A program made the position numbers and the translations under genes. Under the pieces are notes generated by a model. It was given only the letters and a program-made list of their open reading frames with translations, did not search any database and was not told the origin of the DNA. Source: Octopus bimaculoides (Eukaryota). From it: a stretch of 64,000 nucleotides of DNA. The stretch covers positions 84,164,912 through 84,228,911 of the forward strand of contig NC_068990.1 in NCBI RefSeq assembly GCF_001194135.2, read 5' to 3'. This document shows, piece after piece, positions 52,691 to 64,000 of the stretch. How positions within the stretch are numbered: position 1 is the first letter of the stretch; each line of letters starts with the position of its first letter.

Positions 52691-54099
52691 TTATATTCGT
52701 GCTAGGGCGACAAGTTGTTGTTATTGTTTAGCCTCAAGTCAGCCCTAAATGAGCAAAGCTATAATAAAAGACGTCCCAACCGTGACCATCTTGTTTTTTT
52801 TTTTTACAGCTATGAGTGAATTGGAGGAAATTTAGCTTCTATCTCTAGCCTACAGCGCAATGATGCAGAGGTACCCAGAAGTTAGCAGAAAAGATATAGC
52901 GATAAGGTTGTACTAAACACTTTTCATTTTATTTCTTTGGTTTCATTCCACTACATTCTGAGTTCAAAATTCTTCTGGGATTTTTTTTTTTTTTTGCCAT
53001 TTTGAAATTGATTAAAGAAAGTACCAGTAATATTTTACAATTAGTTGTACTTCTTCCCTTTTGCTGTTGTCTTCCTCCTCCTCTTGTAATTAATAAAATA
53101 AAGAAGAATCATTATTCATTTAATGTAACTAAAATTTTTTCCGCATTCTGGTACAACATCGTTATTGATTAACACCAGGTCAGCCCTGAATGAGCAGCCC
53201 ATGATCAAAGGCATTCCAAACAGGACCATCCTGACTGTTTAGAAGTAAGTAGGAATCTTTTATCCAATGCAGCATTACCTTTCTCAAAGTAGTGGGGTGT
53301 ACATTTGAGGGAGATTTAGTTGTTATTTCCAGTAGATTGAGAGACCAGGTCTAAGACCTCACAGAAATAGCAGAGGGAGAGCAATGGACAAAAATGGGAC
53401 CCTTACAGCTAGCAATTGAGATAGGAAGTAGCTGAATCCAAGACAATGAAAGAGAAACAGAAAGTGTTAATGAGAATCATAAAGATTTTTCTACATGAGG
53501 ATCATAGCCAGATTGACAATTAACAATTAAGACAGTTGAAGAGGGGATAAACTCAGGAGTCAAGCTATAGATAATGGCATTGTTTGAGATATGGTGAAAG
53601 CAGTAAGTTTGAACTCGGATGAGAAAATTCCAGCTGTTTTTGTAAACAAGACTGTTCAATGAAAGATCAAGGTCACCTGAGTAGAGCAATGCAAAAAAAA
53701 TATCAATGAACTTGTAAACAAATGCATTGCCCAATCATGCAAAAAAAAAAAAAAAAACTACCTATAAACCCATACTCTCAAATCAGAAAAAAAAATGTCT
53801 GGTTTGAAAATCAAGAGTCGCCAATTGCATAAAATTGAGGACTGTTCAGAAATAACAATCCTAAGTTTATATATGTTTTCTTTTATTCTCCACATACCAA
53901 CAGAAGACAGACCTCATCTAGTATTATTGGCACAGTAAACCACAATAGTTAAATAGCATGAAGTTTGTGAGAACAGGTTTGAAATAGGACAATAATTCAA
54001 GCATAGAATACAATCAGTTTCAATTTACAAAGTAAAGGTACAGTTTACATAAATGGTTATGGAAATGTACACATTCATGTTTTACAAAGTTAACTGAGC

Positions 54100-54200
54100 A
54101 ATTTATGTTGTAGAAAAAGGGTTATTAATATAGTAATTTATGTTGTAGAAAAAGGGTTATTAATATAGTAATTTATGTTGTAGAAAAAGGGTTATTAGTA
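54100..54200. repeat. 35-bp tandem repeat x ~3 (aatttatgttgtagaaaaagggttattaatatagt)
   Basis: Copies start at 54100, 54135 and 54170. Confidence 0.92.
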
Positions 54201-54203
54201 TAA

Positions 54204-54886
54204 TTTATTATTATTATTATTTACTTTTAATCTGTATGCTTGTTACAATTACTCGCTGAGACACACCCAGCATCCTAGGACAAGTGAAAGATAAGAGATG
54301 TTATAGTATGACTGAAAGTTTGGGGAGGGCAAGTGACAGGGGCAGTAGCAAAATATCCTCATGTAATAAAACATACACATTTAAATTGATAGGGTTTTTC
54401 TAAGGATGTGGACAGTACTTGTCAGCACAACCTTTTGGATTTCTCTGAGACATGGTTCTCCTGGGATCTTATCTAGATGTATCTCGCATCCCTTTCTTAT
54501 CATATCAAGGGCACCCACAATAATAAGAACAGGTCTCGCTTTAAGATGCCACATCTTTTGTATTTCAATTTCCAGGTCCTTATATTTACTTAATTTATCA
54601 AATTCCTTTACAGATATATTTTCGTCAGTGGGAGCACTTACATCTATTAGTCTACAAGTATTTTCTTCTCTCTCTTTAATGACTATGTTTGGTTGATTAG
54701 CCTGAATCATTCTGTTGGTGTTGACTGGAAAATCCCAGACGATAGTGACATTTTTACCTTCAACGACTGGCTCAGGATGATGTTCATACCAATAAGCAGG
54801 AATACTTACTTTGTAGTGTTTACATATTTTCCAATGTAAATATTGTCCTACCCTATCATGGCATATTATTATTATTATTATTATTA
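54204..54886 (-). mobile_element. RLE-type (R4/Dong-like) LINE 3' end flanked by (TAA)n on both sides
   Basis: Minus strand reads HDRVGQYLHWKICKHY...VWDFPVNTNRMIQANQPNIVIK...LIDVSAPTD...KEFDKLSKYKDLEIEI...GALDMI...HILRKTLSI*. (TTA)n tracts on + at 54204-54221 and 54864-54886. Confidence 0.9.
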
Positions 54887-56759
54887 ATGTAATTAATTTA
54901 ATAAAAAGAGATAAGTAATTTTCATGTTTCAGTCAACTTAAACGTGTCTCATATTAAGACAGGCTAAATGAGACTAATTCAGTGTTCTAGAAAATATTAT
55001 CAAGTGGATTTTCTTGAGTTAACACCTTGTTTGAATGTAACATGTGTACAAGTAGATCATGGTAAAGAAGTAGAAAGAAAAGAAGTTAAAATATATGTTT
55101 TTAAACCAATGAAGTAGAAATTGACAAATGGTTTTCCATTCAATTTTATGTGTCTTGCAATTAAAGATAGTTGAAAATAGAGCTGTTTCTATTCTGTGTT
55201 GATGTTTCTATAATATTTGTGGAAATGATAGCGTTGTAACAGTTGTTTATCGCCAGTTCAACTCTAATCGAGTAGCCCAAGAATCAAAAGCATTCCAGCT
55301 GTGGTCACCTAGTTTTTTTAATGGTATTTAATACTAGGGTGGTTGATTGGCTGAACCATTAGAGCACCAGAAAAATACCTTGTGGTATTTATTCCAGCTC
55401 TTTATGTTCTGAGTTCAAATCCCATCACAGTTAACTTTGCCTTTCATCCTTTGAGGGTCAAAAAAAAATAAAGTTGTGCTGTACGCTTTCAGTTTGGTAG
55501 TTTGTGCTTTCATACATGTATGTGTGTGTGTGTGTGTGTGTGTGTCTCACTCTCTTTTCCTACAGTCGCACACACACTCACACATATACATACATACATT
55601 ATATATACACCCCTGTCATATTGTGGTAATTAAATAAGGTGACAAGTATTATAATAACATAAACTAGAATACAAATGTGGTGAGAGATTGACTTAATCTC
55701 TTGCCATGTTTAATATCAGCATCTAATTATTTGGTCACTATTAGCAAGTCAGCTCTGTTACAAAAACTTAGACTATGTCTCAGACCTGAAGATAACTACT
55801 GAGTTTTGGTGCTTTCCTTTGCCCCATTATTAGGTGCCCTGCAGAAAAAGGTCAGTAGGAACTTCTCTGACTAAGAAAAAGGTCATGCTTACCTCCTCTG
55901 GCTAATTCTTAAAAACAAGGAAATTTATCAAGCAAAAAAAGAAGATATCAAATAGTGCAGAAAATGTATTCATATAAAATTTTTTATTATTATTTGTTAT
56001 CAGTTGTCTGTAGACAAAACTATAACATCCTCAGGTCATAATTTTTTCTGAGCAAAATAGTGTCAGCTGATTGCAAGTTCTTGCTGAATCATTTTTATTC
56101 CAGAGATTTCCTTCTCTTTGGTGGATTGTCTTCACTATGACTGGTGAGCACCATCTCCCCTTGACTATACAGGATGGCTGTTTGTTCTCCTCAGTTTCTC
56201 TGGTCTTTGGCAGGTCTTGATTTTCAGCTCACAGGCTGTATAAAAATCACACTCTTCACCAAGTAACCAGTTACCAGTTTAGTTGCTGATCACCTGATCA
56301 TGCAACAGGTTGTATTGGGTTACATATTTCCAGTGGTGCATGAGTAACCTAATATATAAAAAATTACATATTAAATCATATCTGGTTGAAGTGCTAAGTC
56401 AACATCTGTATTGAATCCAGATATTTTAAAGGAATTCCATCAAAATCCAAATAGAAAAGGTTGAATTTTAAGCACAGGCACAAGGCAAAAAAAATATACT
56501 TGATTTGTATTTTTTTTTCTACGATAATAATGATGATTTCTAACTATAGTACAATACCATACATTTTGGGGGCGGTTATACTAAATATTATTGACCTCTA
56601 GCACTAGACTGATGCTTATTATATTGAAATTGAAAGGATACAAAGTAAGTAAAATCTAACAAACTTAGAAGTTAAAGTAACACAGCTAAACACTGTAAAG
56701 CTTTATTTCTCAGATGCTCTACCAATTCTACCACTTCACAAACATCAAGGCTTAAAATG

Positions 56760-56874
56760 GACAATCACATCACTGAATCTCAAAGCGACAAGATACAAGA
56801 CAATCTAGGATTAATTCAAAACAATGTGAATGAATAAGTATTACATTTGACAGAGGAATCTGAATCCTAAAGGG
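56760..56874 (+). mobile_element. piggyBac-type TTAA MITE, right half
   Basis: ...ttacatttgacagaggaatctgaatcctaaaggg-TTAA. Confidence 0.75.
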
Positions 56875-57065
56875 TTAACCTTTCTCATTTCTACTGCACA
56901 ACACTTCACTTGCTTCCTCATGAAACAGACACCAAAACAATGGTAACAATGATACCTCTTAAAACAGAAGTTATTAAATTTTATGATAAAACAAAGAATT
57001 CATTTGATCTCCGACACTCCCAGGTACTTCATTGATGGTAATACAATGTTGAATAATTATATACA

Positions 57066-57105
<40 letters not shown>

Positions 57106-57139
57106 CTATCTACACATCTACACACACACACACACACAC

Positions 57140-57515
57140 ACATCATCATCATCATCTTTTAACATCCGTTTTCCATGCTGAAAATATAACCATCATCATT
57201 TAGCATCCGTTTTCCAGGCTAGCATGAATTTGATTGGATTTGACTGGGACTGGTAAGATAGAGAGCTGTTCCAGGCTTCGGTCTGATTTGGCTTGGTTTC
57301 TACAGCTGGCTACCCTTCCTAACACCAGCCACTCCAAAAGTGTAGTGGGTACCTTTTACGTGTCACATGCATAGGCCACAACTATGATTTCAATTGGTTA
57401 GACATTTCTTCTCAAACATAGCAAATTGCCAAAGGTCTCAATCATTTGTCGTTGCCTCTGTGAGACTCAACATCCAAAGAACATGGTTCACCACCTCATC
57501 CCATGTCTTCATGAG
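57140..57515 (-). mobile_element. RTE LINE 3' end
   Basis: KTWDEVV on the minus strand near 57490-57510, then UTR and the family C (GAT)n tail. Confidence 0.75.
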
Positions 57516-57519
57516 CGAA

Positions 57520-57552
<33 letters not shown>

Positions 57553-57886
57553 TAGTAAATAACAGAGAGAAATAGAGAGAGTGCAAAAGACTGAGTGAGA
57601 AAGATTGAGTTACGTGTATACTATAGACAAAGATACATATAGCTCTCCATTTGTGCATATGGGTATATATATATATATATAGATAGATAGAGAGATAGAT
57701 AGATAGATAGCATCTATTGCTATTAATAGCTGACGAGAATGCATTGTACCTCTTCGCTCCGACATTCGAAACTCTGAGTACTATAATGACAACTTACTGT
57801 TTGTTCTAAATTATAACATATATAAATAATCCTCTATTTATCTAATATCGAGGTCTCATTCTTTTGTTGTCATTTTTTATTAATAT

Positions 57887-57931
<45 letters not shown>

Positions 57932-59168
57932 ATACACTTTAAATAACACTCAAAACTATGGTTGTATGATGTTCCTATCTTGTTATATGCACGTACACAC
58001 ACAAACACATTCGTATAAAAACGACATACAGTCAAGAATCTACATGGCCATAATTAAGATATATGATCTAATCCCAATCACAACATATCCTGCTGAAATT
58101 AATCAATGCCATCAACTTCCTTCCTTATATCAAAACAAATAAGAACCCAATTTCCTAGACATACGATTCCAAATCTTCCATCAGTGAATTACCTACCACT
58201 TTCATCTACAAATATAGAAACTGCTGCAATTTTGTAAAAACTAACAAGATTTCTTATTTGCACACTATTTGCCAATTTTTGAAGAAATAGAACATATATA
58301 GGTACAGACATGGCTGTTGGTTACGAAGCTTGCTTTATAAACCATATGGTTTGGGATTCAGCCCCACTGCATGGCAGATTGGGCCAGTGACTTCTACTAA
58401 AGTTGTGAGTCAACCAATGCCTTGAGTAAATTTGGTGGACAGGAAATGTGCATAAGCTTGTTGTGCATGTGTTGCGTGTATAATATATATATATACACAC
58501 ACACACTATATACATACATATTATACACACATATATCTTCATCATGTATGTATGCATTTATATACTTATGTATGTAAGTATGCATTCATTATGTATGTTA
58601 TATGAATGCACATATGTATGTGTGTATGTATGCATAGCCAGTGTCCAATGACTGAAACAAGTTAAGAATAAAAGATAATTGTGGGCACAAAGTGGTCAAG
58701 TGGTTATTATATTGGACTACTAACTTACAGATCATAAGTTCAATTCCCCTGAAGGTATTTCATCGTGTTATAAGGCAAATTATTCAATTTCTACACAGGT
58801 ACAGACTGTGTTGTTAAGAAGTTCACTTCCTATCACATAGTTTTAAGTTCAATCCCAATGTGTGGTACCTTGGACAAGTGGTTGTATAAAGTTTCCCCAA
58901 TAGATTGATTTGTCAAGGATTTGATGATCTTAAGGTGCAGTTTTAATAGTTTTGTTGGGTAAAGTTTGGGTCTGGAGTGAAGAAAATAGTGAAGAGTATT
59001 TGGAGAATTGTTGTCAATCAAGGACACAAACAGACCAAGAAACTAGGTCACGCAGACTGTACAGCATGATCTTTGCTGCTTGTTGGAGACCAGCAGAATA
59101 TGTAGGAGATCTAGGCTTCAGCAGGTATTGAAGTCACAAAGAATATTTCAGAGAGAAAGAGAAGTGAG

Positions 59169-59515
59169 TACCAACCACATAGTTCCGAGTTCAGTCCCAC
59201 TGCGTGGCACCTTGGGCAAGTCTCTTCTACTATAGCCTCGGGCCGACCAAAGCCTTGTGAGTGGATTTGGTAGACAGAAACTGAAAGAAGCCCGTTGTAT
59301 AGATGTGTTTGTGTGTCTGTGTTTGTCCCCTAACATCGCTTCACAACCGATGCTGGTGTGTTTACGTCCCCGTAACTTAGCAGTTCGGCAAAAGAGACTG
59401 ATAGGATAAGTATTAGGCTTACAAAGAATAAACCCTGGGGTCGATTTGCTCGACTAAAGGCGGTGCCCCAGTATGGCCGCAGTCAAATGACTGAAACAAG
59501 TAAAAAAAGAGAGAG
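59169..59515 (+). mobile_element. SINE family A, young copy lacking the first ~35 nt
   Basis: Near-identical to ~31755-32110. Confidence 0.9.
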
Positions 59516-59884
59516 AAATGTTCAGTTTAAGATAAGAACTATACAGCTAGTGGTGGATGGAGTTTAGAAACAAATGAAACAAGAGGAGTGGGGAAAGAAA
59601 CTTTCTATGAGAGTAATTGATAGTCTTTAGAGCAAATAAATAGACAGGATAGAAAAATGAGTCATAGGAAGAGTAAATTCCTCATTAACAAGGACATTAC
59701 TCTCTTGAAAGCTGGAGCTAATAGGGTAGTAAGGACAGCAGAAACAGAGCATGAGAAAAATTGTTGTTTAACCCTGAGTCACACTTGGTCAGGCAGACCC
59801 ATGCTGAGACTACCCTATCTTTTATTCAGACTTTGTGAATCTAGGATCACATTGTCCTCCAATGCATAGCTGCTTTTTTTTTTT

Positions 59885-60497
59885 ATTTATTTATCTTTTA
59901 CTTGTTTTAGTCATTAGACTGTGGCCATACTGGGACACCACCTTGAATTTTTTTAGTTGAATGAATCAACCCCAGTACTTCTTTTTTTTAAAAAAAAAGT
60001 GTTATTTATTCTATCAGTCTCTTTTGCAGAACTGCTAAGTTATGGGGACACAAACACAGGCACAAAGACACACACATATATATATATATGACAGACTTTT
60101 AGTTTCTTATTTATTTATTGCCCACAAGGGGCTAAACACAGAGGGGACAAACAAGGACAGACAAAGGGATTAAGTCGATTACATCGACCCCCCCAGTGCA
60201 TAACTGGTACTTAATTTATCGACCCTGAAAGGATGAAAGGCAAAGTTGACCTCGGTGGAATTTGAACTCAGAACGTAACAGCAGACAAAATACTGCTAAG
60301 CATTTCGCCCGGTGTGCTAACGATTCTGCCAGCTTGCTGACTTAGTTTCTGTTTCTGTCTACTAGAAATACTCACAAGGCTTTGGTCAACCCGAGGCTAT
60401 AGCAGAAGACACTTGCCCAAGGTGCCCTGCAGTGGGACTGAACCCGGAATCATGTGGTTGGCAAGCAAGCTTTTTACTGCACAGCCACACCTATGCC
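59885..60497 (-). mobile_element. SINE family A, interrupted by a family B SINE
   Basis: Reverse complement of family A on both sides of 60108-60341. Confidence 0.85.
60108..60341 (-). mobile_element. SINE family B, full-length, nested insertion with 9-bp TSD
   Basis: TTAGTTTCT at 60099-60107 and 60342-60350; tRNA-like head gctggcagaatcgttagc...gagttcaaattcc; (AATA)n tail. Confidence 0.85.
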
Positions 60498-62275
60498 TCT
60501 TGATTTTTTTTTATAAGATAGTGTTTGTGTGTGTGATGTGAAGGAGATTTGGCTGCTATATCTAGCAAGTTGACCATATACAGGGCTGCTTATTGGATCA
60601 TTAAAGTTTTGTCTCAGAGTAGAATGAGTATGAAACCACAATCTATGGCCAAGACACTAAGCTTTCACTGGCTGAGTAGAAAAGCTCACCTCACTACTAT
60701 CAAAATGAAATGATTGGAGTACTGAGTGCGATTACTGCTAGAAGAAACTTTAAAAAAAACAATCTATAATAGAACAGCTTAATTTTGCAGGGAAGAATTG
60801 TCACACGTCCATTCTAATATTACATAATTGGAGATAAACAGCAGCTCTTTGATCCTTGTGAATCAGGAAAAAAATAAAAACAATTTGGTGAAAATCTGAA
60901 GAACGAACAAAAAGAATAGTTTAGTACACAACTGCCTGTAAGTTGTCACTTCATAGATTTAACCTTCTTGAACCTTTGTGTTTAAATTTTAGCTGAATTC
61001 GTTACCTATACTGCACTTTATCAGTATTATGACTAATTCTTTTGATGTATTCAACTTGCATGGTTATGTATGTGTGTGAGATTAATCAATGTGATGATTT
61101 GACATGCTACAAAACCGAAAGTATAGGAAATTAAAAATGTTTATTTTTTTATGCTTCAGTGACATTACAGCACTGCGTAAAACTATTATCTAAAAATGTA
61201 TTCATGTGTGTGTGCATACACACACACAGACACATATGTAGTAAGTAAAACAACGTCCTTGAGTCTAGGCAATATTGTTTTGTTTCGGTTGAGATATTTA
61301 ATCACGGAGTGCTTAATGACTCAGGGGACATCTGGTGCTATTACTATATGTCTACATGAATTAAACAAATGAGAGTGGATCTCCATATAAAATATTTACT
61401 GCATCTTACCTGGTGTGACAACTAGATATTTCTCTGATGATTCACCTTGTCAGCCGTTGTTGAACTAAAGACAATTCAAGTAGCAAAGGAAAGAAATTCA
61501 GTTTAAGTAATATCCATTCATCTGTTTTTCCATTCTAGCATGGGTTAGATGAACACATTATTGAGGCAAGTTTTACAGCTGGATGCTCTTCTTATCATAA
61601 ACCTTTAATTGTTTTCAAGTAAGTGCTATCTTATTACACACTTTTGAAGGCACAAAACCAATGGATGTATGAGTGTGGGGCTGGTATAGTGAGTGATGTG
61701 TGGTGATGAAGGACAGATGGTCTGGTTGCTCAGGAGGAGATCAATGTAAAATGTGGGAGGAGAGTACAGTATTAAGAATGAAAGATGGATAACATGTGAA
61801 ATGATTCCACACAATAAGGATAAATGGTGAAGTGTGCTGTTCCATACCTATGCACCTGTGACATCATCCTTGATACTATGCATCTCTCATACACTAAAAA
61901 GAGCTTCTTCTAAGCAAACAACTCTAGGCGTGTTTTTAAAAAAGAAATCCACAAGTTCATCTACAAGTGCTTGTGAATCAGCGAACATGTCTACAAGTGA
62001 TGGTGTGTGAGTGAAAGTGATTCAGAAAATGATTATAATATTTTTTTATTATAAATCATCTTGAATTCTTTTTACTTTACATAAAATATTCTTTACATTC
62101 TAACGTTGTTTTATTGCCATTTATTTACGAGTATTTTAAATTTTATTGATAAAATATTTTTCTGATAACGAATTACAATTCATAACATTGCTACTATGGG
62201 AAATTATTGCTCTGCTTTACAAGTTTACGCTTTATGAGTGGCCTCCAGAAACAAACTAACTCGTATATCGAGACA

Positions 62276-63610
62276 TTCATCATCATCATTGTTTAACGTC
62301 CGCTTTCCATGCTAGCATGGGCTGGACGATTTGACTGAGGACTGGTGGACCAGATGGCTGCACCAGGCTTCAATCTGATCTGGCAGAGTTTCTACAGTTG
62401 GATACCCTTCCTAATGCCAACCACTCCAAGAGTGTAGTGGGTGCTTTAACGTGCCATCGGCACGAGGGCCAGTGACACGGTACTGGCAACGGCCACGCTC
62501 AAAAAGGTGTTTTTTACGTGCCACTTGCACGGGAGCCAGTCCAGCAGCATTATCACCATCGTCATTTAACATCTGCTTTCCATGCTGGCATGGGTTGGAT
62601 GGGTTGAAAGGAGCTGGCTAGGTAGAAGGCTGCACCAGGCTTCAGTGTTTGTTTTGGCACAGCTTTTCACAGCTGGATGCCCATGCCAGCCACTTTATAG
62701 TGTGAACTGAATGCTTTTTTACGTGGTACCAGCACTGATAGGGTCAGCAAGTAACTTGCAAGACAAAGATCCTTTGAGAGGGGAGGGGACGTTGGAGGAG
62801 GTGATCTTGTGTTAGAGGATGAAAGGTTAGTGTGGCAGAGAGACAGAAACAGGTGTCTTGCAGAAGAGGAGGTACATGGTTACCCAGTAAGAAAGAGGGA
62901 GAGAGAGAGAGAAAGAGAGATTAAGAATGAGGATAGGAACAGCTGTGTTGCTGTAGAGGAGATACATGGTTATCCAACCAGAGGGAAGAGTGCAAGAGAG
63001 AGTGGAAGAGAGAGAGGGAGAGCAGGAGAGAGATGGTGGTGAAGTGCCAGGGTATACTCACAAGGAACAGGGACCAGAATATAAATGGGATGGAAGAGTA
63101 GGGCAAGAGAGATAGAGGGTAGCAAAGTGCTCAATCATACATTCAAGGTATGGGGGGGTCATGCCAAAGGTGCTTGAGTGGGGAGTAGAGACTTCACATG
63201 AATGCAGAGTGTTGGGGTGAGGAATGCAGTGACTGGTGAAACTTGGGTACATGGAGCAGGTGGGGGACAATGGGGATAGCAATGATACAGTGAGCAGGGC
63301 AATGAGGACAGGATTGGAATCAAGAGATAAGCATAGAGTATGAAATGAGGAAATGTGAGGAAGAGAAGAGATGTAGTTTGGGGTTTTTGGGGTAAGGTGT
63401 GTGAAAAGTTTTATTGTTACATTTGGGTGGAACACACAGCGCTTCTAGAATTCAGTTTCGCTGAAGTGGGTGGGTTTTCTCAAGAACCTCACATCACCAG
63501 ACATTTCGGGCCATTATCATCTCCTCCGTAAGGCCCAACATCCTGAAATTGGTTCTCACCACTTCATAACATGTCTTCTGGGTCTCCCTCTTTCACAGGA
63601 GCGATCTATT
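62276..63610 (-). mobile_element. RTE LINE 3' end with long purine-rich (on +) 3' UTR and two tail copies
   Basis: RGRPR on the minus strand near 63575-63595; family C tails at ~62276 and ~62555. Confidence 0.7.
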
Positions 63611-63950
63611 AGTGATCGGTACTTCTTTATACAACTGTCTTCATTCGTTTATATCCACACACACACATAGACACACAACACATTAGTAATGACTGTTCAA
63701 ATTTATTTGGAAAGATTTTTGACTTGGAAAATGGAAAAGATTTTAAAAAAAAAAAGATGAAAAGCAAAATACAATAGCTAATAAATGTGTCAAGTCTAAT
63801 CCATTCTAGCTCTCAGGATTCTTTCTGTCACTTTGTCTTTCTCTCTGAAAAGAAATAGCAACAACAAAAATATTAAAATTATATTACAATAAAATTAAAT
63901 CAAATTTCTCTGTGCTTTCTCTCACACACATTATGTGTGTGTGTGCATGC

Positions 63951-64000
<50 letters not shown>

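Noticed and set aside
53477-53734. 85-aa minus-strand ORF
   Set aside because: No identifiable domain; possibly the antisense of a decayed LINE.
54100-54200. 35-bp direct repeats of CRISPR-like length
   Set aside because: Head-to-tail with no spacers, eukaryotic context and no cas genes.
56104-56143. RFPSLWWIVFTMT, resembling a K+ channel pore helix
   Set aside because: Only 13 residues with no TVGYG filter following; the region looks more like decayed transposon on the minus strand.

Overview
AT-rich eukaryotic scaffold DNA, full of microsatellites and with several N gaps. The SINE, RTE and MITE families suggest an octopus genome (inference, not a database result). The only protein-coding gene I can name confidently is a type II phosphatidylinositol-5-phosphate 4-kinase (PIP4K2 family). 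Its first coding exon is on the minus strand at 50885-50998. I found none of its later exons in the ~50 kb to the left, so most of the window is probably its large first intron. Within that span a second CpG-retaining, promoter-like region (~38.4-40.6 kb) fronts a candidate antisense (+) spliced ORF of unknown identity, with exons 38667-38719 and 42544-42649 and possibly 42865-42950. The rest is mostly transposon debris: several tRNA-derived SINE families (including inverted and nested copies), RTE LINE fragments, R4/Dong-like RLE LINE 3' ends, a hAT transposase fossil, a hAT MITE with a perfect 8-bp TSD, TTAA-flanked piggyBac-type MITEs, a Tigger fossil, and weaker MULE and Penelope remnants. 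I saw no rRNA, true tRNA or CRISPR array. I cannot support a novel multi-gene system here. The best lead is the antisense spliced ORF overlapping PIP4K2. Repeat boundaries are approximate unless a TSD or splice site is quoted.
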